Made by a program: the position numbers and the translations under genes. 41,603 nt of DNA from Dimargaris cristalligena. Its lineage: Eukaryota. Positions 9,485 to 21,615 of this stretch are shown here, piece after piece; the first letter of the stretch is position 1, and each line of letters opens with the position of its first letter. Below the pieces are notes generated by a model that did not search any database, had not been told where the DNA came from, and worked only from the letters and a program-made list of their open reading frames with translations. The stretch is taken from assembly GCA_003614675.1 (NCBI GenBank), contig ML002326.1, positions 1 to 41,603 of the forward strand, read 5' to 3'.

Positions 9485-10653
9485 CTATTCCTTGGTTTTG
9501 TAGTAGGGGTTTTCGGGCACTGATTTGAGGGTCGCCATATGTTCATCGACGGCCTTTTGCAGTTCCTCGGAGGAGATTTTCTGGTTGTGGAGTACCTTTT
9601 GCACGTCCTTCTTCAAATGACCAATCATGGTCTCGGCCTTCTTGCGCTGTATAAACTCCCGCTTACGCAGGGGGATATCAGGTACCACCAATTCGTCAGG
9701 GCAGGCTAGGATAGTGTGCACAATACCCTGGGCGGACGAAAACGGAACCGCCTCGGTGGCGGGGGTGGTGGTAGTGGGCGTTAAAGGCGTGGACTGGGCA
9801 TTGCCATTGAGAATATATTGCCAGGCCGGGGGGAGTTGGTCCAGGTGACTGTGGAGGGCGTCGTACTGCTTCCGGGCCAGGGTCCGGATGGTCGACTGAT
9901 AGCGCAGGTCCTGTTCACCGCCCACCAACTCAACAATGGCCATGGGGGCGCGGTCAATCTTCCGCCAGCCCATTTTCACGATACGGGTATAACCGCCATT
10001 CCGGTCCTGGTAGCGGGGGGCGAGTTCGTCAAAGACCTTGGGCAGCATGGTTTTGGTTTCCTATAGAAGTGGGGGATAGCAGTGAGGAAAAGGGCCCGCC
10101 ATGGTTAGGGGGTATGAGGCGTAATTGCAAATGATAAGATTAGCCACAGGACTACGGGGATAGGTATAGTTTACGGCGGAGAACATCTGATGTGCGGTTG
10201 GGGAACAGCAATCGCAGGGAATAAAGAACCCGGCGGACTTACCCTCAGGATTTTGGCGGCCTGGATGCGGTCGTTATTGGTGCCACTCTTGCCGAAGGTG
10301 ATCATCTGTATTGGTCAGGTGGTATGGGGTTAGCGGGTGGGTAGTTGGAGGTGGTATGCATAGTGAGTTAGTCTCGTCAAAGAGTCGGATACGTCGGGGG
10401 CACTGTATAGTATAGGGCTGGTTCAATTAGTATGAACCATCGGGGATTATCTATGTTTAATGGCTCAACAGTGGAGCCGGGCTCTTCTGGCCCCCTGACC
10501 TACCCGTTCGGCAAACTTGCGGAGCTCCTTGGCCTTGGGAACGGTCGTTTCAATGCGACCGTGCTTGAATAGCGAGGTGGTCATGTTACGGAACATGGCC
10601 AGACGGTAGGACCATGTTTTACCGTAGCTTGATCGGGGCTTGTTGAGGCGCAT
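9485..10653 (-). CDS. MRPL8: Mitochondrial large-subunit ribosomal protein bL17m (yeast Mrpl8 family), 3 exons, 262 aa
   Basis: Exons 10653-10504, 10305-10243, 10060-9485, all phase 0, GT-AG. Motifs [38 protein letters not shown] and [37 protein letters not shown], followed by a C-terminal extension. Confidence 0.95.
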
Positions 10654-11383
10654 GGCGGCGGTTGGGCAAAAATAGGGGACTGGGAGAAAGGGAAGGACTC
10701 CGGATCGGGGCGGATCGAGGGGGAAAAGAGCTTAATGAACAGGCCGGGACTAAGGAATCGGATCTCGTAGGAAGGGGGGGTTCAACAGCTACCTTGGAGA
10801 TGAATGTAGAGGTGGGCTTGAATGGGCAAATGGGGAGGGCTTTGGAATGCGGTGCCATGTGGATTAGTGGGAGAGAGTGGAGCACTAGGCCAGTAGTGGG
10901 GAAAAGAGACACCAGAAATCGACCCGCGATGGGGGAAATTAATCTGGTGTAAGAAGGTTTAAGGGTGGACAAGGGTGGTCAGGGAACCGCGTAGGTGCAA
11001 CACAGGCGATGAGGTGGACGGACCTTCTCTCCTTCGATGGCATTTTGAACCGCGGCGTGGGTGTATAGTGAAGTAACGGCGAGTGTGCTGGTGGGAGTAG
11101 CAGTGGACTCTTGTCAAACCCCGCTTAAATAAGACGAACGCCTGACCAAACAACAATAGCCCTTCCTCACACCCGGCTTACCTTCCCCTTCGTCGTTTAT
11201 AACTCCGTTCCTTTAAGCCGCTACTGCACCCCTTTCCTCTGCTTCGCTATTCCTCCGTATTCCCTAACCCCTACCCCTTACGCGTCGGGCGGCTGCTATC
11301 TCTCCGACTCTCTCCCCCCGCACCCTTTCCAACTCTAGCACATATTCACTTACTACACCCCCCCGTGGTTCAGTTTACCCGAG

Positions 11384-12784
11384 ATGGACCGGGAATACAA
11401 CGACCATATCGTCAGCCAAATCTGGGAAAGCGTCAACCTGCTGTACCGCCTGGGTCGGATTCCCGAAAGCCGGTACCAGGTCCTCGTGAAAGCCCTCCCC
11501 CCGCGCCCGCACAACTTCCAACGTCCGTGGAACCCTTTCAGTAGACAAAGCGCGTCGGGCGACCACCCTGGCCCTGTCCCGTTCGGTCCCGGCCCTGCCT
11601 TTGGCCCTGGTGGTGGCGGTGGCATGGCCGGCGGTGGTATGGGTGGCCCCGGCGGCTTCGTATTCCCCGACCAAATGGGCCCCGGTCTTGGTCCAGGTCT
11701 GCGTCGCTCCCATACCGCCGGTCCTGGTGCCAGTTACAACCGCCAGCAGCGTCCCCTAGATCCCACCTCCCCCGGTGGCCCTCCCCCTTTCGGAGGCGGT
11801 GCACCTGGCGCAGGTCCTGGTCCCGGTCCTGTTCCGCCCCATGGTGGTGGTATGCCCGGGGGAGCTCGGATGGGCAATAGTCTTCCGTTTTTACCCAACG
11901 GCGACGTCCCCGCATTTGTAAGAGCGACCCACCCGACCCCTAAGGATTTCGGTGGTGCCCTGCAACTGGTACCAGGTGATATTGTCGAAGTAATACACAC
12001 TGACCATAGCCCCTGGTGGTTTGGTAGCCTTCGCGGCATGGAGGGCTTATTCCCCGCCATGTATACCGAGGTCTATACGGGGGGAGGTCCCGCGGACGAC
12101 CCGTTGGCACACTCATTCAACGGCATGAATATGGGGAGCGGAGGTCCCGCGGATTATAACAATCCCCCGGGGAGTGCCGCCCCTGGCTCCCGTCGACCCC
12201 GGCCCTACCGTTCGGGTACCTCCCCCATGCCCCCCGGTAGCGGGGGTGCTCCATACAACCCGTCCGACCCTATGATGGCCAGCGGTGCCCCTGGTATGGG
12301 ACCGGCGTCTATGAGCCCGCACCCGTCTGGTCCCCCAGGTGGGTTCGACCCCGCACACGACCCGACTGGTTCGTTCGGCGGCCCTTCCTTCGGCCCGGGC
12401 ATGGACGGTGGTGAACCTGGGGTTCCGCCGATGAGTGGTCCCGGGGGCCATTTCCACCGGGCCTCCTTCGATGGCCGCCAAGGCCCACCGCGGCCCATGT
12501 CTTCGCGACCCGACATGGCCGGGGGTGGTTTCGGACCCCGTCCCCCTCACCCATCCGGCGGCCCGGGTTCCGAGGGTGGCTACTTTAAGGGGCCCCCCGG
12601 CCATATGGGCGGCGGCGGTTACGGCTATGGCCCCGATATGGACCCTAGTATGGGTGGCGGGGTCTACGGCGGTTATATGGGGGGTCCCCCCCGTGGGGGA
12701 GGTCCCAATATGCGTCGGAACTCTTTCAACCCGGAAATGATGGGACAGCGACCTGGGCGTCGCCCCACCCCGGGTGCCATGTAA
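11384..12784 (+). CDS. SH3-domain protein with Gly/Pro/Met-rich low-complexity regions, Lsb1/Pin3/Csh3-like, 466 aa
   Basis: SH3 motif FVRATH......GALQLVPGDIVEVI....SPWWFGSLRGMEGLFPAMYTE. The N-terminal helical segment (IVSQIWESVNLLYRLGRIPESRYQVLVKALP) resembles the Lsb1/Pin3 N-terminus; that family call is from recall only. Confidence 0.85.
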   Translation: MDREYNDHIVSQIWESVNLLYRLGRIPESRYQVLVKALPPRPHNFQRPWNPFSRQSASGDHPGPVPFGPGPAFGPGGGGGMAGGGMGGPGGFVFPDQMGPGLGPGLRRSHTAGPGASYNRQQRPLDPTSPGGPPPFGGGAPGAGPGPGPVPPHGGGMPGGARMGNSLPFLPNGDVPAFVRATHPTPKDFGGALQLVPGDIVEVIHTDHSPWWFGSLRGMEGLFPAMYTEVYTGGGPADDPLAHSFNGMNMGSGGPADYNNPPGSAAPGSRRPRPYRSGTSPMPPGSGGAPYNPSDPMMASGAPGMGPASMSPHPSGPPGGFDPAHDPTGSFGGPSFGPGMDGGEPGVPPMSGPGGHFHRASFDGRQGPPRPMSSRPDMAGGGFGPRPPHPSGGPGSEGGYFKGPPGHMGGGGYGYGPDMDPSMGGGVYGGYMGGPPRGGGPNMRRNSFNPEMMGQRPGRRPTPGAM

Positions 12785-13640
12785 ATGAGTAAAGGTGCCC
12801 AGATACTCTCCGAATACGTCTATTTTGGAGGGGAGTAGGCATCTCTATGACCACCTGCGTCTTACATATTGTTTTATCTGCTTCCAACTCCCTCTTCCCA
12901 TCCCTCGATCCCTCTCCAAAGTCGTCTGAATGCCCGATAATTGCGTCTCGTCCGACTAAATTACGGGGATTGGTCTACTATTGGCCCGATCGAGGCATCC
13001 AGGATCTTATTTGTTTCCCGCTAAATTTCCTCAAGTATGTGTCGTCATTTTTCTAGCCCGTTTAATTGGCCACCCCCTTTCTCTGTTCGACTTGGCGCTA
13101 TTATCTGCGCTACCACTTTGTCATTTACCCCATACATACCCAGTTTTAAAGGATTCTAGAGTAGTGCGGTTTATATGCAATATCCTTTGTTTTTTTTGTT
13201 TGTTGGTTTGTTTCAATCCTCCTCTCACATCTTATTATACATCAAAAATCCTATCAATTGATTAAACTTAAATAAAATTATCCCTATCCCCCGCTATATC
13301 AGTGGGAAATATAACTACGAATGCGCTGTTGGGGTGACCCGTCAAAATATGGCATGCCTCCATGGTGGAATTGGTGTGGATCAGTTGTTCGGTATGTTTA
13401 TTAGTTAGTGATAATTAGGCCCTTGGCCTCAGTTAATCACAAAGAATGGCAATGAATGGTATGGTGGGATGTAGTGGCCGACTACAGGGCCCGATGGAAA
13501 TACATGGATATCGCTACGCGAACGACGGAAGAGGGGAGAAATTGTATACTAGTCGGTATGTATTCGCTTTAGACACTCTAGTGGGTGTTGGCTTTATACC
13601 CCACGAAGAGTGGCAGGTTATTTAGCGGATACGCAGCCGG

Positions 13641-14346
13641 CTAGTGTTCTTGGGGATTCTGAATGACTATGAGAAGGTAGTTGGGGTCTGTAAGTTTGGC
13701 CCACCGGGAATTAATTCAAATTTATAGTACAGACACTAAGGTTAGATGTGGGGTCGAGGTGGATTATATACGGAGTGGGAGAGATGGAGAACGACCCGAT
13801 TTGCGAGGGATAATACCTTAGTGAATGCGCACTACCCACCTGGTGATAACATAATCTCGTGTTTCTTGGTTCGGATGCGGAGAAAAGTCAAATCGTTTTG
13901 GTCGTCCAATTCCCGGATAGATTGCCGGGTAGCCTGGACCAGCTGGGTCATGAGTTTGGTGTACTGGGTGGACAGGGCTTCCTCGACGGTCGATTTAACA
14001 ATGGCTCCTTCGTTGGTGGCGACCACAATGCCCTTAACGCTCTTTTTGGCCATCAGGCGCTGAATGGTTTCTTCAATGTCCGACTGCACATTGTTATTTA
14101 GGTAGGACAACTATAATAAGAGGTCGGTAAGTTCCAGGCTCTATTTTCTAGAAAACGAGGGGGGGAGGTGGCCAATGCCAACCGGCATGTATATATGCGT
14201 TGACGGAGACTAGTCGGACGGGGAGTTTACTATAACGGAGTGGTAGAATAAAGAGGAGCAGGGCCCAATATCAAAAGAAAAACCGAGAAATACTGAACCT
14301 GGCGTGACTCGGTGCAAGTCACCCCTTGTCGCTGGCTTACCATCAT
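13641..14346 (-). CDS. DYNLRB: Dynein light chain roadblock/LC7, 3 exons, about 97-98 aa
   Basis: Micro-exon ATGATG 14346-14341 followed by GTAAGC; exon 14083-13840; exon 13687-13641. Product (M)MSDIEETIQRL...[34 protein letters not shown]. Confidence 0.93.
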
Positions 14347-15392
14347 GAATGAAGTAAAGGTGTATCGAGTGACTCGTGCTTTAGGTGACAACGGATGGCC
14401 AAGGGGGGGGTTGGTTGTATACGGGTTTAATAGAAATGCTCGGGAATGGGGAGGGGCTTGGAAAGGGGGCGGGAACGGAACGGGTCCAGGAATGCACTAG
14501 GCTCGGGTTGAGGTGAGGATGAGTTGAATGTCCGCGCCCTGCTGCCATAGTGGGGTTTCTTCACTCCTTTTTCCCGGTCCTTAGCTGATATGGAAAATGA
14601 ATGCGTGGGGCGAATTCAATTATTTTACATGGTTGGTCGACCCATCCCGGGAACTATATAATACAGTGTGTCCTAGGGCAAATAGTAGCAACATATATCC
14701 ACGTGATCTACAGTTCGTATTGCAGTGCCATGTGTGGGGAGGAAGATGTACGCGTTTGGTCCGATGTGGCGCAGCAGCGCGGAAGAAAGGACAGTCGAAC
14801 AGCCAGTCATTTCTGGCATTTTACCCAACGGAATGGCAGCAGTCCAGATAATACCATTTGAGTGGCCTATCTATTGAGTCAGCTATTGGGAGAGTGCGGA
14901 AGTGATATTTACTTGTAAAATGCCCTAACGGGCCCTTGTCCTATTGTAAAGTTCGAAGGATAGAGGGAGAAGGCACACAATATACTACTTACTACTCACT
15001 CGCATACTTTCACTTTGGGCATAAATAGGATAAGCTGAGCGAAAGTCGAAGAAGAGATAGGAGGGGAAGCGCTGGTCTCTCCTTATACGGAAAATGATCA
15101 AGTGTGTTTTCTCGCCCGTGTTGCGTGGAGTTGTTGGGCTGCGGCTTTTTTCAGACACAAAGACCTGACGGGTGTCTCACTCTGGGCTGGTGGAGAGAGA
15201 TCCGCTGGGTAACGCGGCCCTTCCCCAAAGGTCGGTGAGTTTTCCTGGTTCGTTTCTTATAAAACTAAGCTTAACCCTCCTCACCCTCCTCACCCCCATT
15301 GCCCCAAATACTCTCTCTCCTCCTCCTCTACCTGGCTTTCCCATTGCCCCTGCTGATTTCCACCCGCCTGTCCACTACTACCCTTCCTCACC

Positions 15393-16130
15393 ATGCTGCG
15401 CTCTGCTCTTCTCCGGTGGTCTCCCCGCGTCTCGGCCCTTCCTCCACGGCTCACCCCTTCCCTGGCCGCCACGGTCTCGTCTCGTCTAGCCGGTGTATCC
15501 CCCAACTCGGCCTTCCGCTTCTACTCTACTGAAAAGGACACCGCTCCCCCAGCGGACCAGGCCCAGACTCCCCCCAAATCAGAAACCAAGTCTACTTCGA
15601 CCGATCAGGCCACCGCTGCCTCGGAAGGCGAGGCCAAGAAGGCCGAAGCGACCGGCAAACCCTCCGCCGAAAAACAACTGGCGGAACTCAAAGACCACTA
15701 CCTGCGCTGCCTAGCCGATATGGAAAATCTGCGGCAACGGACCAAGGTCGAAGTGGAAAAGTCGTCCAAGTTCGCCATCCACAAGTTTGCCAAGGAGCTG
15801 CTCGATACCGTGGACATTCTGTCCATGGCCCTGAACGCCGTCCCCGAGGACCACCGCGCCGACAGTGCCAACCACGCTCACCTGTCGAACCTTTACGACG
15901 GGGTCAACATGACCCAGTCCGAACTGCTCAAGACTCTGAAGCGCCACGGCGTGGAGCCATTCAGTCCCATGGATGAGGCCTTCGACCCCAACAAGCACCA
16001 GGCCATGTACCAGGTCACCATCCCCGGAAAGGCCCCCGGTACCGTCATTTCCGTCGAAAAGTCCGGCTACCTGCTGCACGGCCGTGTGATGCGGCCCGCC
16101 CAGGTCGGTATCACCAAGATTGAGAATTAA
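15393..16130 (+). CDS. MGE1: Mitochondrial GrpE nucleotide-exchange factor Mge1, 245 aa
   Basis: Arg/Ser-rich presequence ending FRFYST; YLRCLADMENLRQRT, FAKELLDTVD, FDPNKHQAM, GYLLHGRVMRPAQV. Confidence 0.97.
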   Translation: MLRSALLRWSPRVSALPPRLTPSLAATVSSRLAGVSPNSAFRFYSTEKDTAPPADQAQTPPKSETKSTSTDQATAASEGEAKKAEATGKPSAEKQLAELKDHYLRCLADMENLRQRTKVEVEKSSKFAIHKFAKELLDTVDILSMALNAVPEDHRADSANHAHLSNLYDGVNMTQSELLKTLKRHGVEPFSPMDEAFDPNKHQAMYQVTIPGKAPGTVISVEKSGYLLHGRVMRPAQVGITKIEN

Positions 16131-16978
16131 ATCCATTTCTGATTTGACCCGTCCAGCACCCTCCCCCCTCCTAATATTATATGCACACATCTCTCTCCGA
16201 AAAGGAACCGCCGCGGGCCACGGTTATGCATCTAGCAATTGCACGATCGCGCCACTATGAGTGTCCGTATTAAAGCCATAGCGTTTAGTTGCCGGTCTAC
16301 CATTCGAGTTCATCCACCCCCCTCCCTATTTCGCCTATTTCCCCCGCACATATTCCAGCTGTCCTCCTCTAACAAACCCATCGTCACAGGTCTATGTTGC
16401 CGGCCTGTTTCGTCTGCCATTCCCCACTTTTCTTTTTGATCTGTTTGATACTCTTTCTATCTATCGCTCGTTCATTTTCGTATATCCAATCTGTGCCGAA
16501 TTATATAATCCCATTACAATCTGTTCTTGAGCAAATAGAGTAACCCTTACCTAGACTTAACGATGTATTGTATAAATGTGTTGAGTTCGGTGAAGAGTGC
16601 CCAATCAGCCTCGGTGGGTTGTATATATTTTCGGAATTCGGCAGGACCAGACAACCCTTAAGTTGTTGGTAAATAGAGCCTGGATAGCAAAATGCCTTGG
16701 CGCTACTTATAAATAAGATATTATCTATTCTAGAGCAATCCAGGCTATACTAAATCTACCTGCGTAGATGTTACAATTATTTATTGGGTTTACAGTATTA
16801 GCTCGGTTGCAATAGGGCATTTGGTTGATGCCTACTGCTATAACTTGATAAATCTACGCATGATGACCTGGGGTATACCCAGGCCCTTCCCGTTGGGGAA
16901 TAGCCCCAACTTTCGAATTAAATATAAAAAGGGTATCTTGTAACTATCAAAAAACGGTGCTTTATCCCACCTAGACTC

Positions 16979-18133
16979 TTATTTCTTCTGGAGCCGCTTC
17001 AGGGTAGCCAGTAGGGCGGATTGGACGGGCTTGCTCACGACAAATTTATAGCTGCCAAATAAATCCATGTGTTCATCCGCCTCGAAACGGACCACGAAGC
17101 TGCGGCGCGCAAACAAGTAAGTGCCCATCTGGGCACCCCAGGCGCCATCACCGGCCGGCGTGCCCAACGGCGGTAAACGGGCATAGATTCGCTTCTGAAT
17201 AAACTCGACGGCTGAGTGGACCAGGGGCGAAGCCGCGGCGCCATGGGGCACTTCGGGAGGGATATCGACGACTTGATCGACCAGTCCGACGGCCAGGGCC
17301 TCCGGGGGCGAGTACATGGTACCCAGAGGTAAGTCCCGTTCAGCCGCCCGCTGGCCCGCTACTTCGGCGAACCGGTCGGCCAGCCAGCAAGGCAGCGTTA
17401 ACCCGATTTGCACCTCATTCAGCCCGATCCGGGCGGGCGTCTTCCGCTGGGCCGGGGTCGGCACCAAAGGGTTCGCCATAATCCGGTCGTGGCAGGCCAG
17501 GGCCAAAATGGCACCTAATCCGGGGGCGTGGCCATTAATCGCGGCCACGGTTCGAATGCGGGCACTGGTGTAGATGAGGATATACACCTGCCGAACCAAG
17601 CCCCAGAATTCCACCCAGCCCGCCTGGTCCACCCCCGCTAAAGGTCGGCTCGGGTCGCGGCTCAGAAAGACGGTAATATCAATCCCGGCCGAAAAGAAAT
17701 TGGGCGTATCGGATGTGAGGACCAGCGAACGGATGCGGCCAAAGTCGGATACATTCGATTGGATACCCTGGGCCACGGCTTCGGGGGTCGTGAGTGACGC
17801 GGCAGCGGTCTTTAGAGTCACTTCCGGGTCAGCGTCACTGCCGGCACTGGCACTGGTACCGGCGGGGGTCGGAGCCAGGACGGCTGCCAGAGTCTTGTGC
17901 AGGGCCTGCAGGAAAGGGAGGTTGAACGAATTGGCGGGGGGACGGGAGAACGACACAACGGCAATCGTCGGGTCTTGCTCGGAAACGACTAAACGCACCA
18001 GGTGGTTGGGCTTGTTGGCGGTCTTGGTCCCGGTGGTGAGGGCCCGCTGGGTCGGTTGCAAATGGCCGGAAAGTTGATTAAGTCGGGCGGTGCCATTAAG
18101 AGCGGCGCGGCTGAGATGGTTCGAAGTGGCCAT
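16979..18133 (-). CDS. Crotonase-family enoyl-CoA delta-isomerase (mitochondrial ECI1/DCI type), 384 aa
   Basis: RPPANSFN, FFSAGIDI, AAINGHAPGLGAILALACHDRIM, IGLNEVQIG (catalytic Glu as in the IGLNE motif of ECI1), EALAVGLVDQVV. Confidence 0.9.
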   Translation of the reverse strand: MATSNHLSRAALNGTARLNQLSGHLQPTQRALTTGTKTANKPNHLVRLVVSEQDPTIAVVSFSRPPANSFNLPFLQALHKTLAAVLAPTPAGTSASAGSDADPEVTLKTAAASLTTPEAVAQGIQSNVSDFGRIRSLVLTSDTPNFFSAGIDITVFLSRDPSRPLAGVDQAGWVEFWGLVRQVYILIYTSARIRTVAAINGHAPGLGAILALACHDRIMANPLVPTPAQRKTPARIGLNEVQIGLTLPCWLADRFAEVAGQRAAERDLPLGTMYSPPEALAVGLVDQVVDIPPEVPHGAAASPLVHSAVEFIQKRIYARLPPLGTPAGDGAWGAQMGTYLFARRSFVVRFEADEHMDLFGSYKFVVSKPVQSALLATLKRLQKK

Positions 18134-18543
18134 GGCGGACTGTCAGTCGCGAAAGAAGAAGGTAAGGGTAAGAAGGAGATGGGGAAAGGACAGTGGGGTG
18201 TAAGTTTGAACGAGGGGAAACGCCGGTGGCTTGCTGTGACAACATACGGGCAACTGAAGTTTGGTAACGGTGCTTAGTTGGTCGAGAAGGTCTTCTAAGC
18301 AAAAAACAAGGTAGGAAAAGAGGAGCACATGGATATTATTACTACCCCGCCCTGGTATTTAAATGTGTGCGACTTATCAGCTGAATAAGACTGCCCGGTA
18401 TTACCTATCTCTATTGGACTTTGGCTAGTCTGTTCATAAAGACCTATAAAACTAACCGGCGCATGTCAATAATGCTTTCACAAGCCAATTAATTATAGCA
18501 GACTGGCATTTCTCCGAGCGAACACGCGCACCTACGGATAGAT

Positions 18544-18561
18544 AGAGAGAGAGAGAGAGAG
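18544..18561 (+). repeat. (AG)9 microsatellite
   Basis: Read directly. Confidence 0.9.
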
Positions 18562-19198
18562 CGGTTTCCCAATCCCCATGGCTCATATACACCATTTAGT
18601 CACATGGATGGATGGGTCTCGTCTCCATTTTAACTCTGTGTAAATAACCCCCGCGTAGATTACAGTATATGTGCTATCCTTTGCCGCTGTTTTCTAGTGC
18701 CAAACTAGTCCCGACTACACCCTGTCTTGGACGTCGGTTTGCCAACCATTGATGGTCCAACAAGTAGAGATCCACACCGCTTAGAAGAAACTGGGGATGC
18801 GTGACTGCTTCTAAAAAGATCATTTAGTATCACTCCATTTACTTCATACTCTACAGATATTCTGTAAAGAGAGGCCAACTTAGCCTTGGCCTTAAACCAC
18901 CAGTAGGTGCGTTGGGATACATTAGCCATTTGCTCAATCGTAATTTTATTGAGTTTGGGTGAATCCCTGTTTGATTTGGAATACTATATAGAAAAGGGTG
19001 CCGCTAGTAACCTTAGCCCCTCCATAACAACCAAAATCCAGGAATTGATACTACCCACCAGAGAGGAATTACCTAGTATAGCCAATCAAAACCATACCAG
19101 TGCGGAATACTGGGTCACATTAATATAGGCAGCCGAGGTTGTAAAGCACCAATGTACAGAATAATGTCCCTGGGCCCAGATGGGCATTTAGCATCTGA

Positions 19199-19203
<5 letters not shown>

Positions 19204-19234
<31 letters not shown>
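19204..19234 (+). repeat. (AG)15 microsatellite
   Basis: Read directly. Confidence 0.95.
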
Positions 19235-19236
<2 letters not shown>

Positions 19237-19407
19237 AATGATACATGTATATAAGAGAGCCAGAGGGGGTACAGAGGCCAGCTCTTCCTAAGCCGGCCGA
19301 GACTCCATTAGGTCAACCCATTATAGTTGACTATTCACTAGAAAGTGCAGGTCCAAGAGAGCAGCTCCCCCTTCTTTAGAGGCGACCAGCTGAGGGACAC
19401 ACACCAG

Positions 19408-21615
19408 CTAATCCCGCTGTTCTTTATAAAGCTCCTCGCGGAAAGCCACGAGCCGCTGGCGGGCGTACTCAAAGTAATCAAAATCAATATCGGATTCCGA
19501 GGCCTGGAGTAGGCCCCACAGTCCCCAAAGCAAATGGGAGGCGGTGCGGAAGCACGCGACCTCAAGTAGGAGAGAGGTCAGGGCCTGGGCCCGATCATTC
19601 AAAAACTCAGGAGGGCATTTTTTGGGGTCCAGCTTAATCTGCTCGTCAATGTAGGCATTGAGGAACCGGGTCTGTTCTTCTTCGGTGGGGTACGCCGTGT
19701 AGTCTAGCGCATGTGGGGCACTGGAGTGATAGTCGGCCGCCCACTCGCAAAAGTGATTGGCGATATCATAGCCCCGGTAGTTATAGCCGGCGTATTCGAA
19801 ATCAATCACCACCAACTCGTCGCTACCGTCGCTCAGCCGGAGAATATTCCCGTACTGTAGGTCATTGTGGCCAAAAACGATGGGGGAGTTAATGGCAGTG
19901 ATCCGGGCCTTGAGGTAGTCAAGGTCCTCGCCCAGTTTATGAATGTGCAGCTGATCCACCGGCTTGCCATGCTTAACTAACCGGCTTTCCAGCGCGGCCC
20001 ATTTGCGGCTAACGGTACCGTACCATTTATCAATGCAGACCCATACTTCGGGGACACAACCCGGCCGGGGCTTAAAGGTATTCACAATACTATGCAATTC
20101 ACACATGCGTTTAGCAATATGGCGGGAAGTAGCCGGGTCTCGGATATCCGTCCGCGTCAAAGTGGTGGACTCCAGATACTCTTCCACTCGGCCATTCTCG
20201 AACACTGCCAACATGCGGGGGCCGATACCCAATTCGGATAGCCGGGCCAGCCAGTACAACTCCTTTTCCCGCTCGAATAACTGGTCCACGCCGATGCCGT
20301 ATATGCGCAGGAGCAGTTGCTGTGGTGGTGGTGGCGGCGGGGGTTCCTGCTGGTCGGATTCGCTGATAGAACTAGCCCCGTCGGAATCCACCACCGGGTA
20401 GGTTACCGTGACCTTGTAGACCGAGTTGGTCAGTGCTCCGCTAAGCCGAGTAATTTCCACCAACCCACCAGGCATAAGCTTACGGGAGGGCATCACTCGA
20501 TAGAGGCCTGCGGTTACTTTGGTCACCAGAGTATCGTGTTCGTCATTGGGACTAAACAGGTGAATGTAGGTGAAATAAAAGTATATTGATATATTAAAAA
20601 GCAAAGACAATTGGTTAAGAGGGGAAAGCCAGTGCATTCTGAGAATCCGACAATTGGAATACCCCATCAGACCCATAGTAATACATCACACCAGTGGTCC
20701 CGAAAAGTAAACCGGGGGGAGGGGGAAAGGCAGCCGAACACGGGACCGTCAGAAGGGAATCCGTTATTACCAAAAGAGGAAATAACTTATCTTCCACCGC
20801 TTCGATCGATTAGGGTCACAAGGGAATGCCACAGAATTGATGGAATAAAAATAGTTCATTCGGTGGAATGCGGGAGAAAGATGGAGAAAGATGGAGAAAG
20901 ATGGAGAGCTACATCAGCAGAATATGTGCACTTTGGAACATAGCCAGGCCTATCAAATGCTTGACGTCATAAAACATCGCACCCCCGTCCCAGTCAGTGT
21001 TAGTTACTCTCGGACCTCCCCCTCTAGTAGCTGTAAACATTAATTAAACTTGGGAAAGCCCCATGGAGAAGGGCATGTTGGCATAGTTATAGCTGATAGC
21101 GGATAACAGCGAAGGGGCGCTGGATCGGTCAGGTGAAATACAATAGAGGCCTTCTGCCACCCACCCTTCTTCCGCCTTTACCAGGCGCTCCAAGAACAGC
21201 GATAATAAGGAGTCAATAAAGGAAGTATGGCCCGGTCCGGCAAACGCATCCCGGCAATCAAATGAAAACTACCCTGTCTGATAGCCTCTACCTATACTTA
21301 CCTGATATCAATCACATGCTTGGTGACTTTAGGTTTATGGCCAGCCGGCCGCCGGAAGGTACTAAGGCGCCGAGCCTTCCACTGCGACGAGGGTAGAGGG
21401 TGGTCACTGAATGAACGGTGGTTGCGGAGGATGTTGCGGCGGGCCCAGGAACGGGTGTAGTTGCGGAAAAACGACGACGAGTCCACCCAGTCCCGCATCG
21501 CACGGGGCAGTAGACGCAATGGGCTCCCGGGTGGTTCGATTCGGGAGGAGGAGGAAGAGGATAAAGAGTCGGTGCGACCTGCCGCCACTGAGACGGGAGA
21601 GGTTTCAACAGTCAT
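19408..21615 (-). CDS. CKI1: Choline/ethanolamine kinase, 2 exons, 485 aa
   Basis: Exons 21615-21302 and 20551-19408 (750-nt GT-AG intron, AG+T=Ser). Motifs LSGALTNSVY, LLLRIYG, IGPRML..FENGRVEEYL, Brenner motif FGHNDLQYGNIL, and IDFEYAGYNYRGYDIANHFCEW. Start codon choice is less certain because there is an upstream in-frame ATG at 22047. Confidence 0.93.

Noticed and set aside
11353-12740. Many antisense and alternate-frame ORFs over the SH3 gene (likewise over PRP18, MGE1, the isomerase and SNT2)
   Set aside because: Shadow ORFs expected from GC-rich coding sequence.
20905-20985. Possible C/D snoRNA in the choline kinase intron (ATGACG...CTGA)
   Set aside because: Box C deviates from RTGATGA, and I found no terminal stem or recognisable rRNA antisense element.
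21294-21304. ATACTTACCTG, identical to the 5' end of U1 snRNA
   Set aside because: It is the reverse complement of the choline kinase 5' splice site (CAG|GTAAGTAT); downstream sequence is coding and has no U1 stem-loops.
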